From the NCBI GenBank assembly GCA_963667015.2, contig CAXXJJ010000004.1, positions 2,240,001 through 2,304,000 of the forward strand: DNA of 64,000 nucleotides. The letters run 5' to 3'. How positions within the stretch are numbered: the first letter of the stretch is position 1; every line of letters starts with the position of its first letter. The position numbers were made by a program, and so were the translations under genes. Shown here piece after piece: positions 1-9,816 of the stretch. The notes under the pieces were generated by a model that saw only the letters and a list, made by a program, of their open reading frames with translations, was not told the origin of the DNA and searched no databases. Source of the DNA: Desulfatiglandales bacterium. Its GTDB lineage: Bacteria; Desulfobacterota; DSM-4660; Desulfatiglandales; HGW-15.

Positions 1-1
1 T

Positions 2-868
2 CATCCATGGGCTCTCGGTGTATGGTTCGCTCCCTTCATTAAAAAAATATATATCAATCATGGAATATGGACTGGGAAAATAAATAACGACATAGGAGAA
101 GATGGAGTCTATGGTAAAAGCAGAGTGATTCGACCTTATACAAGGCCTTTATATAACAAAATGTTTGCGGCAAGCTTTTTTGAAAAAAAACTAGCTATAA
201 AATTAAATAACCAACTTAAATCTCGAATAGTAGTTACAGGTTTTCTGAGAGCAGATCTGATCCAAAAACTTCAAAAAGAAAAACGATACGAAATTAGAAG
301 TAAACTAAATTTGTTGAACACCGATATAGTTGTTCATATCGTTTCAACATGGGGGCCATCATCACTATTTCAAACAATCGGTGATGAAATACTCATTGAG
401 GCTTCAAAAATTACAAATAAATACAAATTTTTATTTTCATTACATCCAAGACATGATGAATTCGGCGATATTGAGGGGAGAAAGCGACAGGATATATTAG
501 AAAATATAAAAACAAAAAATATAATGCCTGCTAGTGGACTGGCATGGCATGAACATGTAGTTGCAAGTGATGTGGTAATTTCAGACCATTCATCCCTATG
601 CCTTTATTATGCTTTGTTGAATAAACCTGTAATATTAGCGCCTGTTAAAAATAACGCTTATATTAAGGGCTCAGTATTTGATCTTTTAAAAGAAATATCA
701 TTAGAAATAAAGCATCCCGAAGACCTTGATAATACACTGCAAGAGGCTCTAAAAAACAAAAATAAGATATTACTGCAAAAATTCAGCTCAACAATTAGAA
801 ACTATTCAGGCCAGGCTGATAAAAGATACAGAGAAGAAATATTCCGTATTCTAGAGGGACACAAATGA
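2..868 (+). CDS. CDP-glycerol glycerophosphotransferase (TagB/TagF-like) family protein, 5'-truncated by window
   Basis: The frame is open from base 2 (HPWALGVW...INHGIW) into the listed 125..868 ORF. Motifs LHPRH and SDVVISDHSS..Y..LNKPVI; overlaps the tagD-like gene (ATGA). Confidence 0.7.
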   Translation, partial: HPWALGVWFAPFIKKIYINHGIWTGKINNDIGEDGVYGKSRVIRPYTRPLYNKMFAASFFEKKLAIKLNNQLKSRIVVTGFLRADLIQKLQKEKRYEIRSKLNLLNTDIVVHIVSTWGPSSLFQTIGDEILIEASKITNKYKFLFSLHPRHDEFGDIEGRKRQDILENIKTKNIMPASGLAWHEHVVASDVVISDHSSLCLYYALLNKPVILAPVKNNAYIKGSVFDLLKEISLEIKHPEDLDNTLQEALKNKNKILLQKFSSTIRNYSGQADKRYREEIFRILEGHK

Positions 869-1263
869 AAGTTATTACATTCGGCTCATTTGATGTTTTT
901 CATGTGGGACATCTGCATATATTACAACGCGCGCGTGAATTCGGAGATTACCTACTGGTAGGTGTATCATCTGATTCATTGCATTTTTCTAAAAAAAAGC
1001 GAGCCCCTTTTTACAGCCATTCTGAACGCATGGAAATTATAAGTGCATTATCCTGTGTTGATAAAGTATTTCTGGAAGAATCTCTCGAACTTAAACGCCA
1101 ATATATTATTAAATATAACGCGGATATATTAATCATGGGTGATGACTGGGATGGTAAATTTGATAAATTTGGAGATATTTGCCAAGTTGTCTATCTACCC
1201 AGGACTCCAGCCATTTCTACAACTGCCGTTATTGAAAAAATAAGAATGCCACTAGCAGAATAA
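865..1263 (+). CDS. tagD: Glycerol-3-phosphate cytidylyltransferase
   Basis: GSFDVFHVGH (HxGH), GVSSD, MGDDW and YLPRTPAISTT motifs; 132 aa. Confidence 0.85.
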   Translation: MKVITFGSFDVFHVGHLHILQRAREFGDYLLVGVSSDSLHFSKKKRAPFYSHSERMEIISALSCVDKVFLEESLELKRQYIIKYNADILIMGDDWDGKFDKFGDICQVVYLPRTPAISTTAVIEKIRMPLAE

Positions 1264-1265
1264 AC

Positions 1266-2516
1266 ATGAGTCATATGTTAATTGATATCTTAGAAGCCAT
1301 CAAACAGACCTTTATAGCACTGGCTGGATGGATATTTGGGTTCCCATTATCGCTAATGATAAAAAGAAATCAGAATCTGATTGTTGTAATGAGTAGTCAG
1401 GGAAGTTCATTTGCGGATAATAGTAAATATTTTTATGTATATTCGGAATATCTGGTCCAAGCCGGTAAAAGAATAGTGTATCTGACAGGGAACTACAATG
1501 TTAAAGATCTTATCAATAATGCCGGCGGTGAATCGGTTATTCATCCTTCATGGAGGTCGATTTTTTTACTATTAAAGTGCGGAATATTTGTAACCGACTG
1601 GGTGATTTTTAATATATACCCAATAATCTGTGGTGCAAAATATATTCAAATATGGCATGGTGCGCCTCTAAAGCATATTGAATTGGATTTATTTCATAAA
1701 AGACTTGAGACTGAACTATCATGGATGCGAATCATACTTCGTATCCAGAAAAAAATAATAGGTCGGTACCCAACCTATAATTTACTTGTCGCAACATCAA
1801 AAGGTTTTATATCATCAGCATTCCGCACATGCATGAATGCCAGAATTTCTATAGCTTCAGGATACCCGAGAGATGACATTTTATTCGACTGGGACTACCT
1901 GGATCCTAAGAAAAAAAGATTGGCTAGTATCAATGTTGACCAACAGGCAATAGATAAAGCAATAGCAGCCAAATCAAATGGCAGTAACGTCTGTTTATAT
2001 GTTCCAACATTCCGAAGAGATATGAGCAATCCATTTGAAACACAGGTGAATTTAAAACGCCTATCAGCATTTGCTCAAAAGTATAATCTTTTTATTATTC
2101 TAAAATTGCACAAACTTATGTATGGACGTTATAGTATAGAAAGTTATCCCCACATAATCGAGTATTCATCACTCGGTGACATATATCCCATTATGCCATA
2201 TAGTGATTTCTTAATTACAGATTATTCTTCAATTTTCTTTGATTATTTACTTTTTGATCGCCCGATTATTTTTTTTGCATATGATTTAGACTCCTATATA
2301 AGTAAAGATCGAAATATGTATTTTGATTATTTCTCTATGACTCCAGGAATAAAGTGCACTAGTTATGATGAATTGGAAAAAAACTTAGAATTGCTGTTAA
2401 AATCAGAGTGTATTGACCAATATGCTGATTTCAGAAAAAAAATTACTGCCTTTACTCATGACCATATTGATAATAAAGCACATCAACGATTGTACGATGA
2501 GATATTAAACCTTTGA
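1266..2516 (+). CDS. CDP-glycerol:glycerophosphate glycerophosphotransferase (TagF-like)
   Basis: QIWHGAPLK, GYPRDD, YVPTFR, LITDYSSIFFDY and PIIFFAYD motifs. Confidence 0.85.
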   Translation: MSHMLIDILEAIKQTFIALAGWIFGFPLSLMIKRNQNLIVVMSSQGSSFADNSKYFYVYSEYLVQAGKRIVYLTGNYNVKDLINNAGGESVIHPSWRSIFLLLKCGIFVTDWVIFNIYPIICGAKYIQIWHGAPLKHIELDLFHKRLETELSWMRIILRIQKKIIGRYPTYNLLVATSKGFISSAFRTCMNARISIASGYPRDDILFDWDYLDPKKKRLASINVDQQAIDKAIAAKSNGSNVCLYVPTFRRDMSNPFETQVNLKRLSAFAQKYNLFIILKLHKLMYGRYSIESYPHIIEYSSLGDIYPIMPYSDFLITDYSSIFFDYLLFDRPIIFFAYDLDSYISKDRNMYFDYFSMTPGIKCTSYDELEKNLELLLKSECIDQYADFRKKITAFTHDHIDNKAHQRLYDEILNL

Positions 2517-3715
2517 AAATCTGTATTATTACTGCAAGCTTAAATCATGGTGGGGCTTCCGCCGTTGCGCAGGATGTTGCAAAAGGTATGGCTCAAAAAG
2601 GTCATGATGTTCTGTTTGTCTGCTCTGGAGAAAAATCCAAAAGCTATTTTCAAAATGGATATAGCATTAGGATTCTTTCAAATATTCTAAAAAATCCTGC
2701 CTATCATTATGCCAATCCGCTGCTCATGATCAAGTTATACTACCTGCTCCAAAGATTTAAACCGGACGTTCTTAATATCCATAATATAAATCTCCAGACT
2801 TTTTCTCTTTGCACTTTGTTATTTTCTCTCAAATATCCGACAGTATGGACCTTACATGACCTCTGGTCTATATGCATGACAGGCTGGCCATCCCCTCCTG
2901 ATTGTAATCAAATCTTACAACGCTGCTCTACTTGTCCGACATGGTCGACGCCTGTCACTTGGTTTAGCAGATTAATAAAAGAGACTGTTTTCTTTCTGTC
3001 TAAAATAAGTATTGTATGTCCAAGCAAGTGGATGAAGGCAATGATTCGCAATAGCAGGCTTACAAATAAAACTGCTTGTATAGTCCATAATGGAATTGAA
3101 AAAATATTTTACTCAAGTAAAATTGAAGAGAATCAAAACCTAAAAATAGAGCTATCGTCTCAAAAAAAAGTATTGCTTTTCTCTGGTGGCAAAAAATTAG
3201 CAGGACAACTACCAGCAGAGAGGAAAGGATTGGAATATTTATTTTCGGCTCTTAGTCTGCTTGGAAAAAATCGAACCGATGTTGAACTTCTTTATATAGG
3301 TGATCCAATTGACTTGCCTCATGACTTCAAGATACCTATCCAGTTTAAAACTGGGATAAGTCGTATGGAAATGAAAAAGTACTATGAAATTGCAGATCTA
3401 TTTGTTTTACCGACGCTTGCGGATAACTTTCCACTTACTATTCTTGAGGCTATGGCATGCAAGACACCAATTATTTCTACCAATGTTGGAGGTATCCCTG
3501 AGATAATAACTTCCGATGAGACTGGGATTCTGTGCCAGCCAAAGGATTATAAAACGCTTGCAAAAAAAATTGATTATGCTCTATCAAACCCTGATCGCTG
3601 TTCTGAAATGGCTGAAAATGCATATCAACGACTTAAAAAGACATTTACCTTTGAAAGAATGATCGACAAATATGAAGAGGTATATATTAAGACAATAGCA
3701 GACAGGAGAAAATAA
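2513..3715 (+). CDS. Glycosyltransferase family 4 (GT-B)
   Basis: HGGA, WTLHDLW, DNFPLTILEAMAC..PII.TNVGGIPE motifs; TTG start overlapping the upstream stop. Confidence 0.9.
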   Translation: MKICIITASLNHGGASAVAQDVAKGMAQKGHDVLFVCSGEKSKSYFQNGYSIRILSNILKNPAYHYANPLLMIKLYYLLQRFKPDVLNIHNINLQTFSLCTLLFSLKYPTVWTLHDLWSICMTGWPSPPDCNQILQRCSTCPTWSTPVTWFSRLIKETVFFLSKISIVCPSKWMKAMIRNSRLTNKTACIVHNGIEKIFYSSKIEENQNLKIELSSQKKVLLFSGGKKLAGQLPAERKGLEYLFSALSLLGKNRTDVELLYIGDPIDLPHDFKIPIQFKTGISRMEMKKYYEIADLFVLPTLADNFPLTILEAMACKTPIISTNVGGIPEIITSDETGILCQPKDYKTLAKKIDYALSNPDRCSEMAENAYQRLKKTFTFERMIDKYEEVYIKTIADRRK

Positions 3716-3716
3716 C

Positions 3717-3875
3717 CTATCGTTGTTTCTCACTCAGCACATAAAACAGATGGCTCAAGGGCAGTTTGAGAACGCCTTTTCTGAAAGCCATATCCCTTCT
3801 TCCAAGGTATTTCATCCAGCCGGGGTAACTCTTATTTTTCACATAATCCCAAATAGGTACTTTCCATTCAGGTTT
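3717..3875 (-). pseudogene. Orphan 3' fragment homologous to the C-terminus of the methyltransferase-like gene at 4985..5812
   Basis: 3738-3875 aligns ungapped with 5000-5137 (20 mismatches in 138 nt by manual count). KPEWKVPIWDYVKNKSYPGWMKYLGRRDMAFRKG vs KPEWEVPILNYVKNNSYPGWMKYLGRWDMAFRKG. Confidence 0.85.
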
Positions 3876-3952
3876 TTTTAAGATTACATTTATTCGTACG
3901 TTATATACTGCATTGAGATTATAAAGATCACTCTCAGCTTTGATCACTAATC

Positions 3953-4090
3953 TCACTCATTAATCTCATTAATAAAATGCCCAAGCGGTGAAACTGTTAC
4001 CCCTTTTTCAATTTGATAGGCCTCTTTTACAGGCGCAATAATCCATACCTCTTCCAGAGAAAGGTCTCTTAATATATATTGCATATTGGA
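3953..4090 (-). pseudogene. C-terminal remnant of an AAA_14/DUF4143-type ATP-binding protein
   Basis: LRDLSLEEVWIIAPVKEAYQIEKGVTVSPL resembles the extreme C-terminus of DUF4143 proteins; the rest of the gene is absent. Confidence 0.5.
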
Positions 4091-4162
4091 AGACCACCTT
4101 CCAATATACAATATACCAGGTTTTAATCTGGCACCTGGATGGATATGAGTCATAAAACAAGA

Positions 4163-4600
4163 TTATTTAATTGATTTATGTATCAATAATCCTTCTTTCT
4201 TGGCTGCCCGATTCAAAACCCGATCAAAGCATGAAAAGAATAAATCTGTACCGTCTCCCTCCTCATACAATATAAGCGCTGAAGCCAGGTGAACAGCATC
4301 ATAGCCCCTGAGTCCATGTTTAAAGATAAGTTCACTTGTTCTAAAGATTATATTTTCAGTCACGTTAATCCATCTAAAACCATCCCATATTCGCCTGAAT
4401 TCACCAACAATATTCTTGACATCAGCCTTTTTACAGCGACCTTCTCTTCCTGCGCGGTTAAAAGCAGACAAAACCTCAGGATATGAAAGAATAGATGTAA
4501 AAGCGATGTAACTATCACCCTTAAGCGATCTTGCAAGGTTAGAGTTTGGTTCATCAAAAAACCACTTCACGATACTGCTGCTATCAAAATAGGCGATCAC
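4163..4600 (-). CDS. vapC: PIN-domain toxin (VapC-like)
   Basis: YFDSSSIVK..E and LRGYDAVHLASA...FD..L..AA PIN motifs; GTG start overlaps the antitoxin stop. Confidence 0.9.
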   Translation of the reverse strand: MIAYFDSSSIVKWFFDEPNSNLARSLKGDSYIAFTSILSYPEVLSAFNRAGREGRCKKADVKNIVGEFRRIWDGFRWINVTENIIFRTSELIFKHGLRGYDAVHLASALILYEEGDGTDLFFSCFDRVLNRAAKKEGLLIHKSIK

Positions 4601-4869
4601 CTTCGATCCTCTATTATTATTTCAGAAACAGGTTTATCAGGCATGGTATTTTTTACAGTCTTTATATTTCCAATAACCCCTTTGCCCCCACCCAAAAGAC
4701 CTTTCTTCTGTAATGCATCCAGAAGCTTCTGCTCTTTGCTTTGAGTTAGCGGCTGCATTTCAACAACAGCCTTCCCATGTCGCATTACCCTGATAACTTC
4801 ACCATTCTCAACTTTTTTCAGGACACTGCTGAGATTATCTCTTAGTTCCTTAACCCCTATATTTTCCAT
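4597..4869 (-). CDS. Phd/YefM family antitoxin
   Basis: IGVKELRDNLS.VL..VENGE.I.V.RHGK.V signature; directly upstream of the PIN toxin; probable start at ATG 4869. Confidence 0.9.
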   Translation of the reverse strand: MENIGVKELRDNLSSVLKKVENGEVIRVMRHGKAVVEMQPLTQSKEQKLLDALQKKGLLGGGKGVIGNIKTVKNTMPDKPVSEIIIEDRR

Positions 4870-4984
4870 TTTTAACACCCATATTTTTATGTACACACTT
4901 ACAATAAATTGTAGCCATAATATAATGAGAAGTCAAAATATAATTTTCATCCATACAATCGGGATTTTAATAGACAAACTACCC

Positions 4985-5812
4985 CTACCTTGTCCCTATC
5001 ACATAAAAAAGATGACTCATAGGCAGTTTTAAGACACCCTTCCTGAAAGCCATATCCCACCTGCCCAGATATTTCATCCAGCCCGGGTAACTATTATTTT
5101 TCACATAATTCAAAATAGGTACTTCCCATTCAGGTTTCCTCTTTAATACTTCATTTATTTTATTCCCATATCTTCTGTGCAGTCTTACATCCCTTGGTCC
5201 GCTTGGGTCCGGCCATCCGGGAGTATCGATCGCTCCATAATCTGCTACCTTGAGGCCTGCATTCCTGAACATTCTTTTTACCTTTGTCATATGGTTGTAT
5301 TTTACCTGCCCGTGTGTCCATGGAAAACCAAATATCATATGTAAAAACCTGTGCCACGGATAACCGGGCTGAAAATTGTTGCAGGTTACAAGCAGCACGT
5401 ATTTTTTTGATATTCGTTTCATTTCCTTTAGGAAGAGCTCCGGATTATCAAGCTCAGTCCATGTAACAAAGTTCCAGGCCATATCAAAACTACTGTCATC
5501 AAAGGATGTATGACAAACATCCGGACATTTAACAGTTTTCACTTTATTTTCAATTCCCAATTCATTCCAGCCATACATCATCTCATCTTCAGGATTTACA
5601 AGGGTTACATCGCATCCCGCAAGACCAAAACCTATGGAATATAAAGACCCGGCTGCTTTGGCTCCATGACTGGGCATCTCTACTATATTTTTCAGGTTAA
5701 GGTCTTTTGTGAGTATTCGATGCAGATTAAGGAGCACATACCTGTCATAGGTCACACCAAAGACTTCGACTTCTTTTTTATTTTTCATATTTCCTATCCT
5801 ATATCCAGCCAT
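4985..5812 (-). CDS. Class I SAM-dependent methyltransferase-like protein
   Basis: SFDDSSFDMAWN...LKEMKRISKKYVLL methyltransferase-type segment; motif I is atypical. The start may be ATG 5788. Confidence 0.55.
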   Translation of the reverse strand: MAGYRIGNMKNKKEVEVFGVTYDRYVLLNLHRILTKDLNLKNIVEMPSHGAKAAGSLYSIGFGLAGCDVTLVNPEDEMMYGWNELGIENKVKTVKCPDVCHTSFDDSSFDMAWNFVTWTELDNPELFLKEMKRISKKYVLLVTCNNFQPGYPWHRFLHMIFGFPWTHGQVKYNHMTKVKRMFRNAGLKVADYGAIDTPGWPDPSGPRDVRLHRRYGNKINEVLKRKPEWEVPILNYVKNNSYPGWMKYLGRWDMAFRKGVLKLPMSHLFYVIGTR

Positions 5813-6788
5813 TTTCCCTGTACCACATCACAGTGTCATTTAATCCTTCTTCAGGATCAATAGATGGATTAAATCCAAGTTCCCTCTGGGCCTTATCAAT
5901 AGAAAAAGCCCTGTCTGCAAGCGTAGACTCAATATTCTTCCTTGCAACAAAAGGCGAGACCCCAATCAGGTTACTCAGCTTCTCAATGCCTGATGCAGCA
6001 GTAAGCGCTGCCCACTCCGGCAAAGGAACAGTAATGCAGGTTATTTCAAGGGCCTTTGCAATTATCCTGAGTATTCTATCAAATGGTTCTGAATCTGTAT
6101 TTGTTATTAGGTAGGTTTCTCCCAATTTTCCCTTTTCCATTGCCAGCATTAATCCTTCAACTGCATCCTCAACATGAATAAGTGGAGTAAGTTTAGGCCT
6201 GTTACCAATTTTTGGTATTATTCTTCTTTTTACAAGACGTGTTATCCTGAGCATATCACGCCAGTCACCGGGTCCATATACCATTGAGAACCTGATTATA
6301 ACAGCAGGCAATTCCTGTTCCTTAAAAAGTTTTCGTATTAGTTCCTCAGCATGAAGTTTACTCAGACCATAGGGATGATGGGGTCTGCATTCACTTTCCT
6401 CATTGGCAGGGACATCATCACATATACCCATTGCAGCGACACTGCTGCAGTACACAATCTTTTTTACCCCTGCGGCTACTGTCTCATCAATTATATTTTT
6501 TGTCCCCTTCACATTTACATCTTCAAACATTCGCTCCGGGGCCTTAAAATTATGAACATGCCCCAGTGTCGCGAGATGAAACACGCCATGCATACCGGAG
6601 GCAATATTTTTTATACTGTTTTTGTCTGTCACATCCCCTTCTATCAGTTCAACATTTGGGAGCCCGGATAGGCTCTCAGCTTTTTTCTTTGATCTTACAA
6701 GGCATCTGCAGGAGTGCCTCTGAGAAACAAGCTTCTTTACCAGCCATGGCCCTATAAAACCGGATGCCCCTGTTATAAGATAATCCAC
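5799..6788 (-). CDS. NAD-dependent epimerase/dehydratase (extended SDR)
   Basis: ITGASGFIG, CSSVA, YGLSK (YxxxK), VYGPG, IHVED. Confidence 0.92.
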   Translation of the reverse strand: MDYLITGASGFIGPWLVKKLVSQRHSCRCLVRSKKKAESLSGLPNVELIEGDVTDKNSIKNIASGMHGVFHLATLGHVHNFKAPERMFEDVNVKGTKNIIDETVAAGVKKIVYCSSVAAMGICDDVPANEESECRPHHPYGLSKLHAEELIRKLFKEQELPAVIIRFSMVYGPGDWRDMLRITRLVKRRIIPKIGNRPKLTPLIHVEDAVEGLMLAMEKGKLGETYLITNTDSEPFDRILRIIAKALEITCITVPLPEWAALTAASGIEKLSNLIGVSPFVARKNIESTLADRAFSIDKAQRELGFNPSIDPEEGLNDTVMWYRENGWI

Positions 6789-6800
6789 CCCTGCCCCTCT

Positions 6801-7466
6801 CTATATACCTGTAATCTTCTGCCAGTAGTAAAATATCCATGCGCCATATTCGGCGAGAACCCACCTGACCTGACGCCCCTGCTTCCACCAAGATGAAGGA
6901 TCAAAGGGATCAGTCTTTGCAGAAACAGAAGCAATATTCAATTTATCTTTATACATTTCTTTCCATATGTGTGCTGCACGTCTTGTATGGAATTTACTTG
7001 TTATAAGGATTATTTTTTCATATCCCTGTTTAACTATATCTTCACCCACAGCTTCGGCCTCACTCACGGTATCATATGCATCTTCGGCACTGACATGTAT
7101 TACATCATACCCTGGAACACCAAGTACTTCAAGGATCCGAACACTGTCCTCATACCAGGGGCAAGATCTTTCAAAACCCATGGCTTCAAGTTCACGTAAT
7201 GAATCGGTTTTACGATTTCCATTGATCACTATCTTTTTTACCAGCCCCTTTTTGTATATTGAGGCAGCTTCAATAAGACGTGGATAATATTCGACTCCTG
7301 TATTTAAAATAACCGCAGTATCTGATTCAATTGGCGTATCATCATAAATAAGTGTTTCACCGATATACTTTAATATTTTGTCCGACAGTAAAAACACTCC
7401 AATCAAAACACATAATAAAAAAAGTGCGACAGTATATATTTTTTGTTTTCGAGTAACTTTTTTCAT
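6801..7466 (-). CDS. YdcF/ElyC (DUF218) family protein
   Basis: N-terminal TM helix; R...AA..Y, DTVSEA, LITSKFHTRRA, W-W..LAEY motifs. Confidence 0.85.
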   Translation of the reverse strand: MKKVTRKQKIYTVALFLLCVLIGVFLLSDKILKYIGETLIYDDTPIESDTAVILNTGVEYYPRLIEAASIYKKGLVKKIVINGNRKTDSLRELEAMGFERSCPWYEDSVRILEVLGVPGYDVIHVSAEDAYDTVSEAEAVGEDIVKQGYEKIILITSKFHTRRAAHIWKEMYKDKLNIASVSAKTDPFDPSSWWKQGRQVRWVLAEYGAWIFYYWQKITGI

Positions 7467-7476
7467 TATACTTTAA

Positions 7477-8607
7477 TCAGCCGAATATAATATTTTTTAT
7501 AACTTTAGAAAGGGATGGCAGATGCATAAGTATATTCGAATAGGTCTGGTTGGCTAGCGGGCAATAACATCTCTTTTCTTTTATAAACTTTCGTATCTGT
7601 CGAGCATTTTCACTGTTCCATAGTTTCCTGAAATCATGATTATAATCTCTTACATTACCCATTGATTTTTCATATCCGAGAGTACAGCAGGGCCATATAT
7701 CACCGTATGCACTCATGTGTGCATTTGATACACCTGCATAACATGGAATTACCTGGGTGTTTTTCTCCATAACTCTTATTGCAATGCGGTAATAGACCAG
7801 GCGAAATGCGTTATTGATCCTCTGAAAAAAGGGAAGATTATTTTTGTTTTCATGTATCTGTCTAACAAAAGAATCGATTGCCTTTCTATATTGCTCGACT
7901 CCGGGAGTTATAGGATCTTCAATATTGAACATCTCGGCTCTTTTTTCTGCGATCTCATTCCTGTAGCTGTCCGGCTCCATTCCAAGAGCAAACCTTGATA
8001 TCTCTTCAATGTCATTTACATTCCAGCTTGAAATAACAGTCCCCAGCTCTACATGAAGATTGGGATACTCCGCCTTCATTCCTTTCAATCTTTTGAAAAG
8101 GTCCGCTACCTTTTTGAAATTCCCTTTAATTCCTCTTATTTCATCATGTTTTTCTCCTGCATGATCGAGGCTGGGCTTTACTGTTAATTGAATACCTGGC
8201 CTTACCCTTTTAATTATATCCAGTATCTCTCTGGTTTTCTTTTCAACAAGATCGACAGCTATGGCATTGGTGGGGATATGAATAATAGCCGGTGTAAGAT
8301 ACCTGCACGCCAGTTCTATAATTTGAGTAAAATCCGGTCTCAGGAATGGTTCGCCGCCACTTATATTACAGATATACACATGCCCAAGTGACTTGAATAT
8401 CTTTTCTATTTCGTTGATAGTAAGTTCTTCTTTTCTTTTATAAGGATTGTCCCTGTACAGCTTCCATATACTGCATGTCCTGCATCGGGACTGGCATAGA
8501 TTTGTTACGGAAAATGTGAGATTAAGAGGTGTGCCCGGAGATACCAGTCCAAGTCTGAAAAGGCGGTAGCGTATTATTTTTGGTAATATTTCTTTTATAT
8601 ATCCCAT
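7477..8607 (-). CDS. Radical SAM protein with SPASM/twitch domain
   Basis: CQSRCRTC, SGGEPFLR; C-terminal CYAG...GDIWPCC...CYC. Confidence 0.9.
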   Translation of the reverse strand: MGYIKEILPKIIRYRLFRLGLVSPGTPLNLTFSVTNLCQSRCRTCSIWKLYRDNPYKRKEELTINEIEKIFKSLGHVYICNISGGEPFLRPDFTQIIELACRYLTPAIIHIPTNAIAVDLVEKKTREILDIIKRVRPGIQLTVKPSLDHAGEKHDEIRGIKGNFKKVADLFKRLKGMKAEYPNLHVELGTVISSWNVNDIEEISRFALGMEPDSYRNEIAEKRAEMFNIEDPITPGVEQYRKAIDSFVRQIHENKNNLPFFQRINNAFRLVYYRIAIRVMEKNTQVIPCYAGVSNAHMSAYGDIWPCCTLGYEKSMGNVRDYNHDFRKLWNSENARQIRKFIKEKRCYCPLANQTYSNILMHLPSLSKVIKNIIFG

Positions 8608-9803
8608 TACAATTCTTCAGTCTGTTTTATTTTATTTAATAATTTTTTATATATGGCAATAGTCTGTTCAGCGATCCTTTCCCAGGACATATCTTCAGCT
8701 ATTGCCCTGGAATCTCTTGCCATCTGATCCAGTATTGATCTATTTTTCAGGCAATTTACTATCCTGTCCGCAAGAGCCTCTGCATCCCCGGGAGTAACAA
8801 CATTATTCTGATCAACTACAAGCTCGGGCAAACCGCCTGTTCCTGATACTATCATAGGTTTACCGAAGGCAAGGGCGGTTGCCCCTGCACCACTTTGCGA
8901 ATCGAAATGCAGATAAGGCAGTATTACCAGATCAGAAGCCAGAAAATATCCGGCAACCTCATCAGCGTCTATATAATGAAGATGCTTCACTAAATACTCT
9001 GATATATTCTTTTCCTTTATTATTTTTTCGTACCTGTCCCAGGATTCCCATAATTTTCCGGCAATAACCAGGCGTGCTTCAGGAATGTCCTCTAATGCCC
9101 TTGCAAAAGCCTCCAAAGCAATATCAATTCCTTTATATGGGCGGATTGTTCCAAAGATCAGTACTACCTGATCCTTCGGTTCCAAGTTAAGCATATTCCT
9201 GGCAGAATCACGGGTAATATGCTCCTTGTGATGGAATTCCAGTGGACCATGAGGTATTTGAGTTACCCTGTCACCTTTAATGCCAAAATGCTTTGTTAAT
9301 TGAAAATAATTGGATTTTGAATGAACAATAAAATGGTCGCCAAGTTTAAAAAGTATCCGAGAACATAGATCATAGAGTTTTTTTCTCTCATGAGGAATAA
9401 CATTGTGCACAGTAATAACAATCGGTTTATTTCTGATTTTATAAAGAAGACAAATAATCAGATAAATAATAACTAAGGGAGGACTCCACCATTGTGCATG
9501 AAGTATCTGCCCTTTTGTGGCGAGGCCTTCAACTATCCAGGTTAAAGGATTATACCATGTAAGATTCCTCCTGACGTTCAGACTTAAGGTCGCCTTCAAC
9601 CCGGGAAATGTGTAGTCTTCCCTTAAATCACCACCGGGATATAAAAACGAAGGATAAATATGCTTAAAAGAGATGAACTCAGTTTTTATCATGCGGGATA
9701 CAGCACTGGAAAAGGCCAGGCAATAACTGCTTAATGCCCTCAGAGGCGGCAGAGAACCAAGGATTGTAACAGTTTTAAGGCTTGGAACATTTTTTTTTAT
9801 CAT
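8607..9803 (-). CDS. Glycosyltransferase family 4
   Basis: TVHNVIPHE, FGTIRPYKGID, LPY...SQSG...A.AFGKP.I....GGLPE. Start ATG 9803 is an estimate (ORF extends to 9854). Confidence 0.88.
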   Translation of the reverse strand: MIKKNVPSLKTVTILGSLPPLRALSSYCLAFSSAVSRMIKTEFISFKHIYPSFLYPGGDLREDYTFPGLKATLSLNVRRNLTWYNPLTWIVEGLATKGQILHAQWWSPPLVIIYLIICLLYKIRNKPIVITVHNVIPHERKKLYDLCSRILFKLGDHFIVHSKSNYFQLTKHFGIKGDRVTQIPHGPLEFHHKEHITRDSARNMLNLEPKDQVVLIFGTIRPYKGIDIALEAFARALEDIPEARLVIAGKLWESWDRYEKIIKEKNISEYLVKHLHYIDADEVAGYFLASDLVILPYLHFDSQSGAGATALAFGKPMIVSGTGGLPELVVDQNNVVTPGDAEALADRIVNCLKNRSILDQMARDSRAIAEDMSWERIAEQTIAIYKKLLNKIKQTEEL

Positions 9804-9816
9804 TTGCTTTTCTGAT

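Noticed and set aside
3738..5137. Diversity-generating retroelement TR/VR pair (138-bp diverged repeat at a gene 3' end)
   Set aside because: The mismatches are not adenine-specific in either copy and are mostly synonymous; there is no reverse transcriptase in the window.
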